64,000 nt of DNA, from IMG/VR virus record IMGVR_UViG_3300042359_000621. One strand, 5' to 3'. The notes under the pieces were generated by a model. It saw nothing but the letters and a program-made list of their open reading frames with translations, was not told where the DNA came from and ran no database searches. Numbering within the stretch: position 1 is the stretch's first letter; the number at the start of each line of letters is the position of its first letter. The position numbers and the translations under genes are program-made. This document shows, one piece after another, positions 1 through 8,564 of this stretch. This DNA comes from a virus.

Positions 1-16
1 TTGTTTGAGTATTCAT
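1..16 (-). CDS. 5' end of a leftward gene that runs out of the window (ATG at 16..14)
   Basis: ATG preceded by the same ..CAGAGGACA.. leader seen before three other leftward genes; only 5 codons visible. Confidence 0.25.
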
Positions 17-57
17 TGCGTCGTGTCCTCTGTGCGTTGTGTTTTTACCTTGATCTA

Positions 58-87
58 TTTATATCATAGGGGTTTTAGATTTGTCAA
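58..87 (-). promoter_or_regulatory. sigma70-type promoter: TTGACA (87..82), 18 nt, TATAAA (63..58)
   Basis: Consensus -35 and near-consensus -10 read on minus strand, ~40 nt upstream of ATG at 16. Confidence 0.45.
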
Positions 88-125
88 GCATTAATCTAAA
101 ATTCCTTCTGGGACTGGGTTAGACA

Positions 126-152
126 CCAAAAAACACGGGTTTTGACCCCGTG
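126..152 (-). terminator. Rho-independent terminator after KilA-N gene
   Basis: Stem CACGGG(134-139)/CCCGTG(147-152), followed on minus strand by TTTTTT (complement of 126-133). Confidence 0.6.
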
Positions 153-178
153 CCTTTTGGTTGTTATGTGGCGATCGC

Positions 179-667
179 CTAATTCCCTGACTCAATAGAC
201 CAACTAGAATAAGCCTCGATATCGTAGAAGCGGTCGTCTATTAAGGTTTGATCCTCAATATCCCTATAGTTTTCTGCCATGATTTCAAACATCCGAGCAA
301 ACGGGTCAATGTCTAGGGAAGTTTTGCCGTCCGTCATCAGAACGTAGGAATGGGCATCAAGCCAGTTGGCAAGTTCTGGACTAATCCATCGGGCAACCTT
401 AACCGCCAGTAATGGATGTCCCCATGTTCCCTGCTCCCTATTGTCTGAAAATTTCCCTTTCACAACCTCTAAGAGTGATTCCTCAGATGTGAGGGAATTA
501 GACAGGGCATCCATTTCAGCCTTTGAGGATTTCAGTCGTAACCAGTTATCAAGTCTTGTGTTGTAGGCTTTGCACATTTGAGTCAGGTTCACATACCCAT
601 CTGACTCCCGAACAGAAATCTTAATCCCTTCAAACTGAAGTGGAACAATTTTGCTATTATGATTCAT
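179..667 (-). CDS. KilA-N domain DNA-binding protein
   Basis: N-terminal ..GYVNLTQMCKA.. and ..GTWGHPLLAVKVARWISPELANWL.. resemble the KilA-N signature. Confidence 0.7.
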   Translation of the reverse strand: MNHNSKIVPLQFEGIKISVRESDGYVNLTQMCKAYNTRLDNWLRLKSSKAEMDALSNSLTSEESLLEVVKGKFSDNREQGTWGHPLLAVKVARWISPELANWLDAHSYVLMTDGKTSLDIDPFARMFEIMAENYRDIEDQTLIDDRFYDIEAYSSWSIESGN

Positions 668-766
668 AGTTGACCTGCTGTATAGGTTGGCTCACGTCCC
701 CGAATGTTTCCGCATTGCGGGGACACTTATTATTATAACAATTTTATTAATAGAAATAGTCGATAT

Positions 767-799
767 TAAAAACCCCAGGGGTTGAATCCTGGGGTTTTT
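767..799 (-). terminator. Bidirectional hairpin terminator
   Basis: CCCCAGG(773-779)/CCTGGGG(788-794) flanked by an A-run and a T-run; lies just after stop of 820..1050. Confidence 0.6.
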
Positions 800-819
800 G
801 TCGTTGGGAGTGCGATCGC

Positions 820-1050
820 TTAATCTTTTTCCTTATCTTGCCTGTCTTTCTCCCGTCGCCTTTCGGCGCACAGGCGTTTTTGTTCGCGCCGATTTTCCTT
901 TTGTTCTGGGGTTAAGTTGGCAAGGTAGCGTTTCCGCCGTTCCCTTGCCTTCTCCGTACCCTCGTATTTCAGATCCCGATCCTTGCCCTTCTGGGTTGCC
1001 TTGTATCTTTGTTGGGCTTCCCAGATGGAGGGTTTCCAGTCTTCGGTCAT
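820..1050 (-). CDS. small highly basic K/R/E-rich protein
   Basis: ORF in co-directional array, 4-nt overlap with upstream gene; no motif recognised. Confidence 0.5.
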   Translation of the reverse strand: MTEDWKPSIWEAQQRYKATQKGKDRDLKYEGTEKARERRKRYLANLTPEQKENRREQKRLCAERRREKDRQDKEKD

Positions 1051-1322
1051 GTGATAAACCAGTAATATTTCTTTAACCCTGTACTTCTCCCGTTATTGGG
1101 GCAATCCTCACCCATAACGAGGTTTCCGTCATTGGTGGGATAACCGTCTTCAGTTTCCCCGACTATTGAGAGCATGGCTCTATTTAGTGTGGAGACTGAG
1201 CAAATAACGTCCTTTTCTTCTTTCAGTTTTTGGGCTAATTCTTTGGTAGAAACCCCGTCAATCCATCCGGGGTCGCTGTCAATTATCCCCTTAATTGTTG
1301 TTTTTAATTGCTCTGCTTTCAT
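1047..1322 (-). CDS. hypothetical protein (possible winged-helix)
   Basis: ORF preceded by conserved leader/RBS ..CAGAGGACAG-ATG. Confidence 0.5.
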   Translation of the reverse strand: MKAEQLKTTIKGIIDSDPGWIDGVSTKELAQKLKEEKDVICSVSTLNRAMLSIVGETEDGYPTNDGNLVMGEDCPNNGRSTGLKKYYWFIT

Positions 1323-1380
1323 CTGTCCTCTGTTTGCGTGTTTACTGAATCCCTAGCCGCTTGATGTTTGGCTAGGGTGT
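1323..1380 (-). repeat. intercistronic cassette copy 1 (hairpin CCCTAGCC-N11-GGCTAGGG plus AAACAC..AGGACA leader)
   Basis: ~85% identical to 1884-1946; stem 1351-1358/1370-1377. Confidence 0.7.
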
Positions 1381-1388
1381 GGGGATGG

Positions 1389-1883
1389 TTAATTGTTTAC
1401 AAGACTCATAGCTTCTTTCATGCTAAAGAAATAAGTATCGCGGGGGGATTTCAACCCTTTGATCCAAAACCCGTGTCCTTTATTCCATCCATATAATACG
1501 TTGTAACCCGCTTTACGAAGTGCTAACAGTGCCTTGAGTGCGTGTTGATATCTTTTTTTGTCCTGGTTTTCTTCGAGTCGAATTAAATCTACATCGGGCG
1601 TGAAAACCTCAACTGTTTCTGTTTGCTCAACAACTTCTTTAGGTGCTTCGACAATGTATTGAATCGTCATTGTTTCACCGTCGTATAAATACTCGTCACC
1701 AACTTTTAGATCGGGAAGATGACCAATAAACTGAATGCCTACAAGGTATGTCCGTGATGACATTTTCCAGCTAACCACAGCAACCCTTTTTCCTGCTTCG
1801 GTGGAGAATTTTTTAGCTAGTTCGCCAGCTTCTTGTTTCCGTGTTTCAACCGCTTCTTGAATTTGACTTTTGTAGATTGCCAT
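1389..1883 (-). CDS. hypothetical protein
   Basis: ORF flanked by the two cassette copies; no motif recognised. Confidence 0.55.
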   Translation of the reverse strand: MAIYKSQIQEAVETRKQEAGELAKKFSTEAGKRVAVVSWKMSSRTYLVGIQFIGHLPDLKVGDEYLYDGETMTIQYIVEAPKEVVEQTETVEVFTPDVDLIRLEENQDKKRYQHALKALLALRKAGYNVLYGWNKGHGFWIKGLKSPRDTYFFSMKEAMSLVNN

Positions 1884-1946
1884 TTGATTTGTCCTTTGCT
1901 TGTGTGTTTATTGAATCCCTAGCCGTTTGATGTTTGGCTAGGGTGC
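1884..1946 (-). repeat. intercistronic cassette copy 2
   Basis: Stem 1917-1924/1936-1943 with same 11-nt loop length; leader ..AAACACACAAGCAAAGGACAAATCAA-ATG. Confidence 0.7.
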
Positions 1947-1955
1947 GGGGTTTAA

Positions 1956-2396
1956 TTAATCGTCATCTTCATCTATAAATACAGGAGTTGGGATTAATCC
2001 CCGTTGTGCATCCATCATCACTTTTTCTGCTTTTTCAATTGAATCAAAGCGTTGTTTGCCTTCAATGTTTTTGATTAAAAATCCGGTAGCTCTTTGAACG
2101 ACGTTATACCAAATAGCATATCCATCCTGGTATTCGTCCTCACAAACCTTGTAATCATCGGTTCGGGGTAGTGTTAACTCAGGGTAAGACTCTATTTTTC
2201 CAATGTGACGTTCAATCTCTTGATCAATATTGCCGTGTAGATAAGAAACAAAGCCTTCAAGTGTAAATTCTTTTAATGTATTCCATGCTCCGTACCGCCA
2301 AACTGTAGCCCACTTACTTACAAAATCTTCGCTCATAGCTCCATAGATTTCTGTGTATTTTTGTGTGGATTCTTTCTTGTCAAAGATCGTGGTCAT
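1956..2396 (-). CDS. hypothetical protein
   Basis: ORF preceded by third copy of leader (AAACACGCAAAAGCAAAGGACAAATCAA-ATG). Confidence 0.55.
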   Translation of the reverse strand: MTTIFDKKESTQKYTEIYGAMSEDFVSKWATVWRYGAWNTLKEFTLEGFVSYLHGNIDQEIERHIGKIESYPELTLPRTDDYKVCEDEYQDGYAIWYNVVQRATGFLIKNIEGKQRFDSIEKAEKVMMDAQRGLIPTPVFIDEDDD

Positions 2397-2434
2397 TTGA
2401 TTTGTCCTTTGCTTTTGCGTGTTTCAATAATCTA

Positions 2435-2463
2435 AATATAGTAGACTTACGGCTATATGTCAA
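2435..2463 (-). promoter_or_regulatory. consensus-like promoter: TTGACA (2463..2458), 17 nt, TATATT (2440..2435)
   Basis: Read directly on minus strand; feeds the 2396->179 gene string. Confidence 0.55.
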
Positions 2464-2490
2464 GCGTTTTTATAAAATATTTTTTAGATT

Positions 2491-2523
2491 GACTGAACCC
2501 CTTGCTATGTAAGGAGTTCAGTC
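2491..2523 (-). terminator. hairpin after zinc-ribbon gene
   Basis: GACTGAAC(2491-2498)/GTTCAGTC(2516-2523); A/T-rich tail but no clean T-run. Confidence 0.4.
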
Positions 2524-2529
2524 TTTTGG

Positions 2530-2826
2530 TTAATCCTCAAATTTTGCCTTGAGAGCCAGCATAGCCTTTTTCTTCTTATGCCTTAAATAAGATTCGGCAT
2601 CGGTCAATTTCCTGCCTGGAAAAATAGACGGTCTCCCTATAGGCTTAGGATCAGTTTTGGGATGAATTCTCGGTCTTCCCACGGGCTTAGGATCGGAGGT
2701 TTGGGACGCTCCGCAGGGGGTACAGCGCCACTTTTGCCGACCAGTATGCACCCCATTTTTTTTCATCCTATGCCCACACTTCGGACATGGCGGGTTTTCT
2801 TTATCGCTCATTGATTGATCCTTCAT
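2530..2826 (-). CDS. zinc-ribbon protein with two AT-hook-like GRP motifs
   Basis: CPKCG..x17..CTPCG four-Cys ribbon; tandem KPVGRPRI / KPIGRPSI. Confidence 0.6.
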   Translation of the reverse strand: MKDQSMSDKENPPCPKCGHRMKKNGVHTGRQKWRCTPCGASQTSDPKPVGRPRIHPKTDPKPIGRPSIFPGRKLTDAESYLRHKKKKAMLALKAKFED

Positions 2827-3073
2827 TGATTGATCCTTGATGTTTACCTAATACAATTGCAGCCGGATAAATTGCCATGTAGTCCAATCCTGAAACATTT
2901 ATTTTTTGCTGTTCAATTAAAGTAAAGATTGCAAACCAGAAGATTTTTTCAGTTAGCCCTAAATCTTCTTGAGCTTTTGACGGATTAATAAAAAATACCC
3001 TTTTCCCAACACATTGAGGGATTAGCCAATTTTCCACAATAGCAATCGCATTCTCTAATTCCTGATTGATCAT
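2801..3073 (-). CDS. hypothetical protein
   Basis: ORF at head of leftward string, divergent from 3136 gene. Confidence 0.45.
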   Translation of the reverse strand: MINQELENAIAIVENWLIPQCVGKRVFFINPSKAQEDLGLTEKIFWFAIFTLIEQQKINVSGLDYMAIYPAAIVLGKHQGSINEGSINER

Positions 3074-3135
3074 AATTAATCAACTTAAAACTATTGTTTT
3101 ATTATATAATATAAGTAGTTTTTAAACCGTATATT

Positions 3136-3501
3136 ATGGCACTAGCTGAATCAATAAATATTAGGGTTGAAAATAATTTAACCACACTTTTGAATCCGAC
3201 TCAGGATTATATGCTTATTGGGGGTGTGGCTTCTAATCTTCTATCAACGGACGGCTATCTAACTATTAGACCGTTTCTGTTTAATGCAAAGATTGAACGG
3301 GGTAATCCGTGGCAATTACAAACCAAAGTTTTCTTGTCTAGCGGGTCTAAGCTAGATTGCTTGGTTTCAGATGTTCCTATTAATCTGATCTGGGATTCTG
3401 ACGGGATTAATAATTGGGATTCTGACAATGTTGAGGGATGGAACTCCCCATCTCCTGGATATGGTTCGACTTTGCTAAACTTAACTGTAGCTGCTATTTA
3501 A
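3136..3501 (+). CDS. hypothetical protein
   Basis: First gene of a short rightward trio; TATAAT-like box upstream (~3100). Confidence 0.45.
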   Translation: MALAESINIRVENNLTTLLNPTQDYMLIGGVASNLLSTDGYLTIRPFLFNAKIERGNPWQLQTKVFLSSGSKLDCLVSDVPINLIWDSDGINNWDSDNVEGWNSPSPGYGSTLLNLTVAAI

Positions 3502-3512
3502 GGAATTTAATT

Positions 3513-3992
3513 ATGCACATGGCGACGCAAACTAATATCGCTGCAATCGTGGCATTAAACATCACGACTTTAGAGGATGGGATTATCTTTTGGGCGCGAG
3601 CCGAAAAGACGTGGCTCGGACTAGATAAAACATCCACCGCAACTGCTAATAGTAAATCGTGCTACACAGCAACGGGTGGGACTGGTCGCTGGTTTGTTTC
3701 TAGTGATACTGAAGTTTCTGCTAACACTTTGCCGACGGGTGCGGCTGCCACCGGAACCCGTTGGCGGTATCAGGAGAATAACGCCGTCAATAGTTATGAT
3801 TCAGTTATTAGTTACATCTACAACGGCACAACATGGGTAGAAGTAGACACAAGAATGAGACTCCACACCGGAACCCCCGACAGCTTGAGTAAAACTCCTA
3901 ACTCGAATCGGGAGTCTTGGAAGGATACGTCAACGGGAATAGTTTATACCGCTTTCAATGGCGGTTGGGTGGCAGGAGGTGGCTCTAGTTGA
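3513..3992 (+). CDS. hypothetical T/G/S-rich protein (fibre-tip-like composition)
   Basis: Internal ATG at 3513 with AAGGA upstream preferred over the 3438 start, which overlaps the previous gene. Confidence 0.45.
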   Translation: MHMATQTNIAAIVALNITTLEDGIIFWARAEKTWLGLDKTSTATANSKSCYTATGGTGRWFVSSDTEVSANTLPTGAAATGTRWRYQENNAVNSYDSVISYIYNGTTWVEVDTRMRLHTGTPDSLSKTPNSNRESWKDTSTGIVYTAFNGGWVAGGGSS

Positions 3993-4750
3993 TGCTTCAA
4001 TTCACCTGTGGAAGTTCTTTGGCTTTGGATTTGACCCCGTTTGACGGGGTTGTGATCGGCTATCACTGGCAACCTTTTAATCAAGATGGCACGAAGAACT
4101 CTCTGAATTTCCCTAATAAAATCATCCGAGCGCAGTTTTTATATGGCAACAAACATCACAAACCCTGCCCATTTTCCGGTTGTGATTCAATTATTGAATG
4201 GGTGCATAGAAGGGTTGAGAGATTTCCACAGATCACTGAGTGGGTGTTAGTAAATGAGTGGAGCGATGACCTTGGGGTTCCGTATCCCAACTATTCCCTC
4301 GATAGTTTAAAGCGTTATTGTGAAGCTGCCTATACTGCTAATCCTAGCGCGCGAATAATTTTAGGAGATTTCAGACCACATCTTCTGAATAAATGGCGTG
4401 CGATCGCTAATATCTGCCACGAACTAGCTAAGGATTTTCCGGTAGAAGTTGGGATTCAAACTCACATCAAAAGCTATAACGCTCCCGTTATTTTGGCTCG
4501 TCTCCCTGAAATAATTGGGATGTTTGGCGATATTCCGGTACATTTTATTGAGGCGAGTTTGTGGTATAAGTCGGATCTTGATAAACTCGCCTGTGATTTC
4601 TTATGGAGGGAGTTGGAAGCGATCGCAAATAATCACCAAATCAAATCATTTTGTAATTGGTGGCTGTGTTCTGAGGATGCGGAGGTTGGGCGGCGGATGC
4701 CTACTTTTGAAAACTTGCAGTTATATTCAAGCACTTGGTTGATCAATTAA
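3989..4750 (+). CDS. GH10-like (clan GH-A TIM-barrel) glycoside hydrolase
   Basis: Ordered motifs EWVLVNEW (acid/base NE), ANPSARIILGDF, VEVGIQTHI and VHFIEASLW (nucleophile E) mirror GH10 strands 4-7. Confidence 0.5.
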   Translation: MMLQFTCGSSLALDLTPFDGVVIGYHWQPFNQDGTKNSLNFPNKIIRAQFLYGNKHHKPCPFSGCDSIIEWVHRRVERFPQITEWVLVNEWSDDLGVPYPNYSLDSLKRYCEAAYTANPSARIILGDFRPHLLNKWRAIANICHELAKDFPVEVGIQTHIKSYNAPVILARLPEIIGMFGDIPVHFIEASLWYKSDLDKLACDFLWRELEAIANNHQIKSFCNWWLCSEDAEVGRRMPTFENLQLYSSTWLIN

Positions 4751-6178
4751 ACACATACCATGGGTAGCGTAATATTCTGGTAATTCAGGCTCAATACTAT
4801 AGTCCGACAATTCAATAACCCCATTATTACAAGCTATTATTTTATCTACGCTTGGATATTCTCCTTCTGTCTTATTACCTAGTATTAATACACTGTTTTT
4901 TTGTCCCATTTTAACAATTGAATGTCTCTGTACAATATAATTGTCCATAAAAACACTGTCTAATATATTCATTGATTCAATATCTACCAAGTAAATTCTA
5001 GCGATATTATAATAATCTCCGGTCACTCCATCTATAAATGGTGCATCTCCACCGTTTGCAAGAATAAGTAACTGAGTATCATCTTCTATTAAAAAGGTTT
5101 GAATATTTTTTGACGTGTTACCAGTAGACGAAGGAAATGTGTCAACAAAGTCCCCTGAAATTATATTGGCATTTTCATCAATTACTTGAATAAATAGTGT
5201 GGAAGTAGTACCACCATCTTGTGGCATGGTTTCTGTTAGCCGAGAAAAGTTATATATTAAAATAATTTGACCAGGTTTTTTCTGTATATTAAAATCCATC
5301 AAGCCAACGGCGAAAGCATCGCCAGGAAATTCAGGAAACCCTATTTGAAAACTTCTTAATAATATGGAGTCACTATAAAAAGAATCTTCTGTTTCAATGG
5401 TTGAAATATTGTATATATTTGCTAACACATTTACGATCATATACTTTTTAGTGATATTATCTTCAGGTATCCATTCCCATACAAGATAAATTTCTGTTCT
5501 GATAGCAAGGATATTACCATCATCCAACAATACCTCAAGATGTTTATTGTAAATACCACCATCAACATTTTCGGGAACAAAGCTGCGTGTTGAGTTAAAA
5601 TCTATATCACGGCTTGTAGTAAATTGATAATTGGAATCAAAATATATCAATTTACCTCTTAATGTTTGATATGATTCACCATTTTTTGTATATCTGTTAA
5701 AACCTGAGTTTGGCAACATCAAAAACAATATTGAATTTTGGGAAACAAGATGTGATGTACTCGTTCTATAGGCATAAGAAGTTTGACCATTATCTTCCAA
5801 TCGGACGGGCATAGTAAAACTATCTCCCACTTTTTCAATATTTAATTTTTTTATTTTTAGAAAAATTCCACGCCAAGTAAATTGTTTCACTACACCATTT
5901 TCATCAACTAAGGGTGAATCGTAACATAAAAAGAAATATTCTTTAGACAATTTTATAAAATTTATAGGGTAAAAAAGTTCAGTATAGCCAAACGTATCGT
6001 GCAACCTAGCATCAGGTAAAGGTATTTTTGATTCTATCTTTATTTTTTTGTCACTTGATTGATTTATTATCCTTGTTTCTAAAAAAGTATCTTGCTGCAT
6101 ATAGTTATCAAAAAACAATATGATCCTGTGATACCTTAAAGCTGATGTCTTGAATTTAAAAGCACCATTAATTTTCAT
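4727..6178 (-). CDS. N/I-rich repeat (beta-propeller-like) protein
   Basis: Visibly AT-rich; recurring strand motifs (ILFLML.., IILIYNF.., LLILANGG.., VLILGNK..). Confidence 0.55.
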   Translation of the reverse strand: MKINGAFKFKTSALRYHRIILFFDNYMQQDTFLETRIINQSSDKKIKIESKIPLPDARLHDTFGYTELFYPINFIKLSKEYFFLCYDSPLVDENGVVKQFTWRGIFLKIKKLNIEKVGDSFTMPVRLEDNGQTSYAYRTSTSHLVSQNSILFLMLPNSGFNRYTKNGESYQTLRGKLIYFDSNYQFTTSRDIDFNSTRSFVPENVDGGIYNKHLEVLLDDGNILAIRTEIYLVWEWIPEDNITKKYMIVNVLANIYNISTIETEDSFYSDSILLRSFQIGFPEFPGDAFAVGLMDFNIQKKPGQIILIYNFSRLTETMPQDGGTTSTLFIQVIDENANIISGDFVDTFPSSTGNTSKNIQTFLIEDDTQLLILANGGDAPFIDGVTGDYYNIARIYLVDIESMNILDSVFMDNYIVQRHSIVKMGQKNSVLILGNKTEGEYPSVDKIIACNNGVIELSDYSIEPELPEYYATHGMCLIDQPSA

Positions 6179-7020
6179 ACTACTATTATCTCACTACTGT
6201 CAAAATAGATATATGTTTCTATTGTATCATAAGCTGGAGACAAAAAGATTGGGGCTGTATATCCATGAGCAAAAGCCACTAATGAATCATTGTCTTTGTC
6301 AACAGAAAACAAAAATAATATATTAGCTTTATTGTCATCTCCCCCTACATACTGAACCCCCGTAGATAACTGCATAGACACCCAAGGAGTAAAAGTGGAG
6401 ACTGTGTTAACAACCTGGATATTTGTATAGTCAACCGTAGTAACGGATTTAGTTATAAGTCCAGATAAAAGGTCGCTAGACTTGGTTAATATAATCCCGT
6501 TATCATCTACCACAAACGAAGCTAAAGATTGAGAGGTGACACCAAACCCCGTAAACCAATCAACATCCGAACTAAACCATGTCATGCACTCCCTAGAGAA
6601 GCAGTCCAAAGGGGGAGCCGTGGTAACATTCCGATCTGTTTTATCGTAATTAGAAACGGTTATAATCTCGTTTTGCTCATCTCCAATTCTGAACAAAAAC
6701 AATGACTTTGCTTTATTAATCTTGTTTTTATCTATCTTAACCGAATCATTATAGCCAACATAAACGGGGGATGATTCCGGTCGGGTGTAGGCAAAGGGGT
6801 TCTTAATTGATATTGTCCCTATAGGTGCTTCTAAAAATTCGGCTTCAGTGTTGAGGCATAACCATTCTGAGTTAGTTGTTGAATGAAACATGGGGACAAT
6901 CGTTGATATTCCCAACCCATAACTAGCACTTGAATCCCATTGTTTCTTGGCAACTAACTCCAAAAATTCAATCGTTGGCAGTAGAGAAACCGAGCTAACA
7001 TAATCAGTTGTTGTTGACAT
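6175..7020 (-). CDS. repeat protein, compositionally like 4727..6178
   Basis: 4-nt overlap with downstream gene; motifs SLFLFRIGD / ILFLFSVDKD. Confidence 0.55.
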   Translation of the reverse strand: MSTTTDYVSSVSLLPTIEFLELVAKKQWDSSASYGLGISTIVPMFHSTTNSEWLCLNTEAEFLEAPIGTISIKNPFAYTRPESSPVYVGYNDSVKIDKNKINKAKSLFLFRIGDEQNEIITVSNYDKTDRNVTTAPPLDCFSRECMTWFSSDVDWFTGFGVTSQSLASFVVDDNGIILTKSSDLLSGLITKSVTTVDYTNIQVVNTVSTFTPWVSMQLSTGVQYVGGDDNKANILFLFSVDKDNDSLVAFAHGYTAPIFLSPAYDTIETYIYFDSSEIIVV

Positions 7021-7035
7021 TGCGATCGCCCTCCC

Positions 7036-7311
7036 CTAATTTCTTTTCCACGCTTTCCTGCAATCTTCAGAAGTGAACTTATATAGCGTTCCGTTGTCAC
7101 GAGATGCCTCCCCTCCTTTCTGACCTATTTCAGTTATATGGTCTTTGTTCTGAGATGTTTTTGTTCCGCCTTCACTGCAATCCTCAGAAGTGAACTTATA
7201 TAGCGTCCCGTTGTCACGAGATGCCTTCCCGCCTTTGCTAGAAATCTCTCGACGTTTTTCTGGACTCATAGCAGCAAATCCATATTTCTTTTTCTTATTT
7301 TCTGGTTCCAT
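7036..7311 (-). CDS. KGG-repeat general-stress-type protein (YciG/GsiB-like)
   Basis: SPEKRREISSKGGKAS and EIGQKGGEAS; internal duplication SRDNGTLYKFTSEDC x2. Confidence 0.7.
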   Translation of the reverse strand: MEPENKKKKYGFAAMSPEKRREISSKGGKASRDNGTLYKFTSEDCSEGGTKTSQNKDHITEIGQKGGEASRDNGTLYKFTSEDCRKAWKRN

Positions 7312-7366
7312 AATTAATAAATTTAAGTTAATATTATTTTAACACAAATATTTTATTATAAAAAAA

Positions 7367-7398
7367 AGTATCTGAGTTTGTAGAGCATCTCAGATACT
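7367..7398 (-). terminator. strong hairpin plus T8 on minus strand
   Basis: AGTATCTGAG(7367-7376)/CTCAGATACT(7389-7398), followed on minus strand by TTTTTTTT then TATAAT. Confidence 0.55.
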
Positions 7399-7432
7399 TT
7401 TAAACAACCACACGCACTAGGAGTAAACAACA

Positions 7433-7984
7433 ATGATTATACAACAACTTTGTCTGTTTGAAACACAACCATCACTAATTGATTCAAACGAAAATTATAC
7501 CCCATCTGATTTGATTGATTTAGTCCATAAGTTTTATGGATTTCCTGAATTAGACCCTTTTAGCTGTGAACAAGCTAATCAAATTATTAAAGCTCAAAAG
7601 ATATTTACAATTCAAGATGATGGATTTAAACAGAACTGGAGACGGGCTAAAACACTCTGGTTGAACCCTCCCTACAGCGCGGGATTTATTGAGAAGGTTG
7701 TCGATAAATTGATTGCAACATTGAACGAGACTGAAGCGGAAGCATTCTTGTTAACCAATACCGACAACAGTACGGTTTGGTACAAAAAGGCTTTGAATCG
7801 GTGCGATCGCTTCTGCCTACCGTCAACTCGGTTAACTTTTTATTCCCCAAAACGGGCGCAGGATGGGAAGAAACAAAACCAAAACCGATTCTCCCAAACT
7901 CTATTTTATTTTGGATTGCAACCTCAAAGATTTGAGGAAATTTTTGAGGGTTGGGGAACTGTTTGCCAGACTTCCAAATGGTAA
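7433..7984 (+). CDS. phage-type DNA N6-adenine methyltransferase (Dam family)
   Basis: ..TLWLNPPYS.. catalytic motif and ..LLTNTDNSTVWY.. layout typical of small phage Dam MTases. Confidence 0.85.
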   Translation: MIIQQLCLFETQPSLIDSNENYTPSDLIDLVHKFYGFPELDPFSCEQANQIIKAQKIFTIQDDGFKQNWRRAKTLWLNPPYSAGFIEKVVDKLIATLNETEAEAFLLTNTDNSTVWYKKALNRCDRFCLPSTRLTFYSPKRAQDGKKQNQNRFSQTLFYFGLQPQRFEEIFEGWGTVCQTSKW

Positions 7985-8018
7985 AAAATAACCCCTGTAA
8001 ATTAATTTACAGGGGTTT
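7983..8018. terminator. bidirectional terminator (perfect 24-bp palindrome)
   Basis: CCCCTGTAAATT/AATTTACAGGGG (7992-8015) flanked by an A-run and a T-run, between convergent genes. Confidence 0.65.
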
Positions 8019-8042
8019 AAAGTTTTAGCTATTAATCACTGG

Positions 8043-8255
8043 TTATATATCGCCACGACTGACCTCGCGCCGAAGATCCAGGTCTTTATTTAAAACAAAT
8101 ACTCCATCTTGGAGTTCAATCAAATAGCCTGGTTTCAGTGCTTCAAAGATAGATCCTTGACACCGATCTGCTTTTTTATAATCCCCTGTAGACGCTAACT
8201 TGCCTTCCACGAAATTCAGAAAACCATCTTTGTTAAAGATTTTAATATCTCTCAT
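8043..8255 (-). CDS. hypothetical protein
   Basis: ORF in leftward array. Confidence 0.45.
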   Translation of the reverse strand: MRDIKIFNKDGFLNFVEGKLASTGDYKKADRCQGSIFEALKPGYLIELQDGVFVLNKDLDLRREVSRGDI

Positions 8256-8313
8256 TTGCTTTGTCCTTTATCAATCATTAATTTAGGGTGCTTTTTATTT
8301 GTTGAAACTTAAC

Positions 8314-8511
8314 CTATAAAGTAATCGTTTTTCCTGTTAAAAGATTTTCGAGAGCAACTCGATTTTCCATTAGGTGAATGGACTCTCCATCAAGACACTG
8401 AGATCCTATCTCGCCCTTTCTAATTTTCAAACAGTGGCTTGTTTTATTTGTCATTACCACCACAGGAATAGGGGGATAAGGTGGGGCTACTATGTATGCC
8501 GATAATTTCAT
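8314..8511 (-). CDS. hypothetical protein
   Basis: ORF in leftward array. Confidence 0.4.
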   Translation of the reverse strand: MKLSAYIVAPPYPPIPVVVMTNKTSHCLKIRKGEIGSQCLDGESIHLMENRVALENLLTGKTITL

Positions 8512-8564
8512 AATTATTGATTTAGTCCTCTGCGCTAACTCCTATTATAGTACAAATCAAACCC

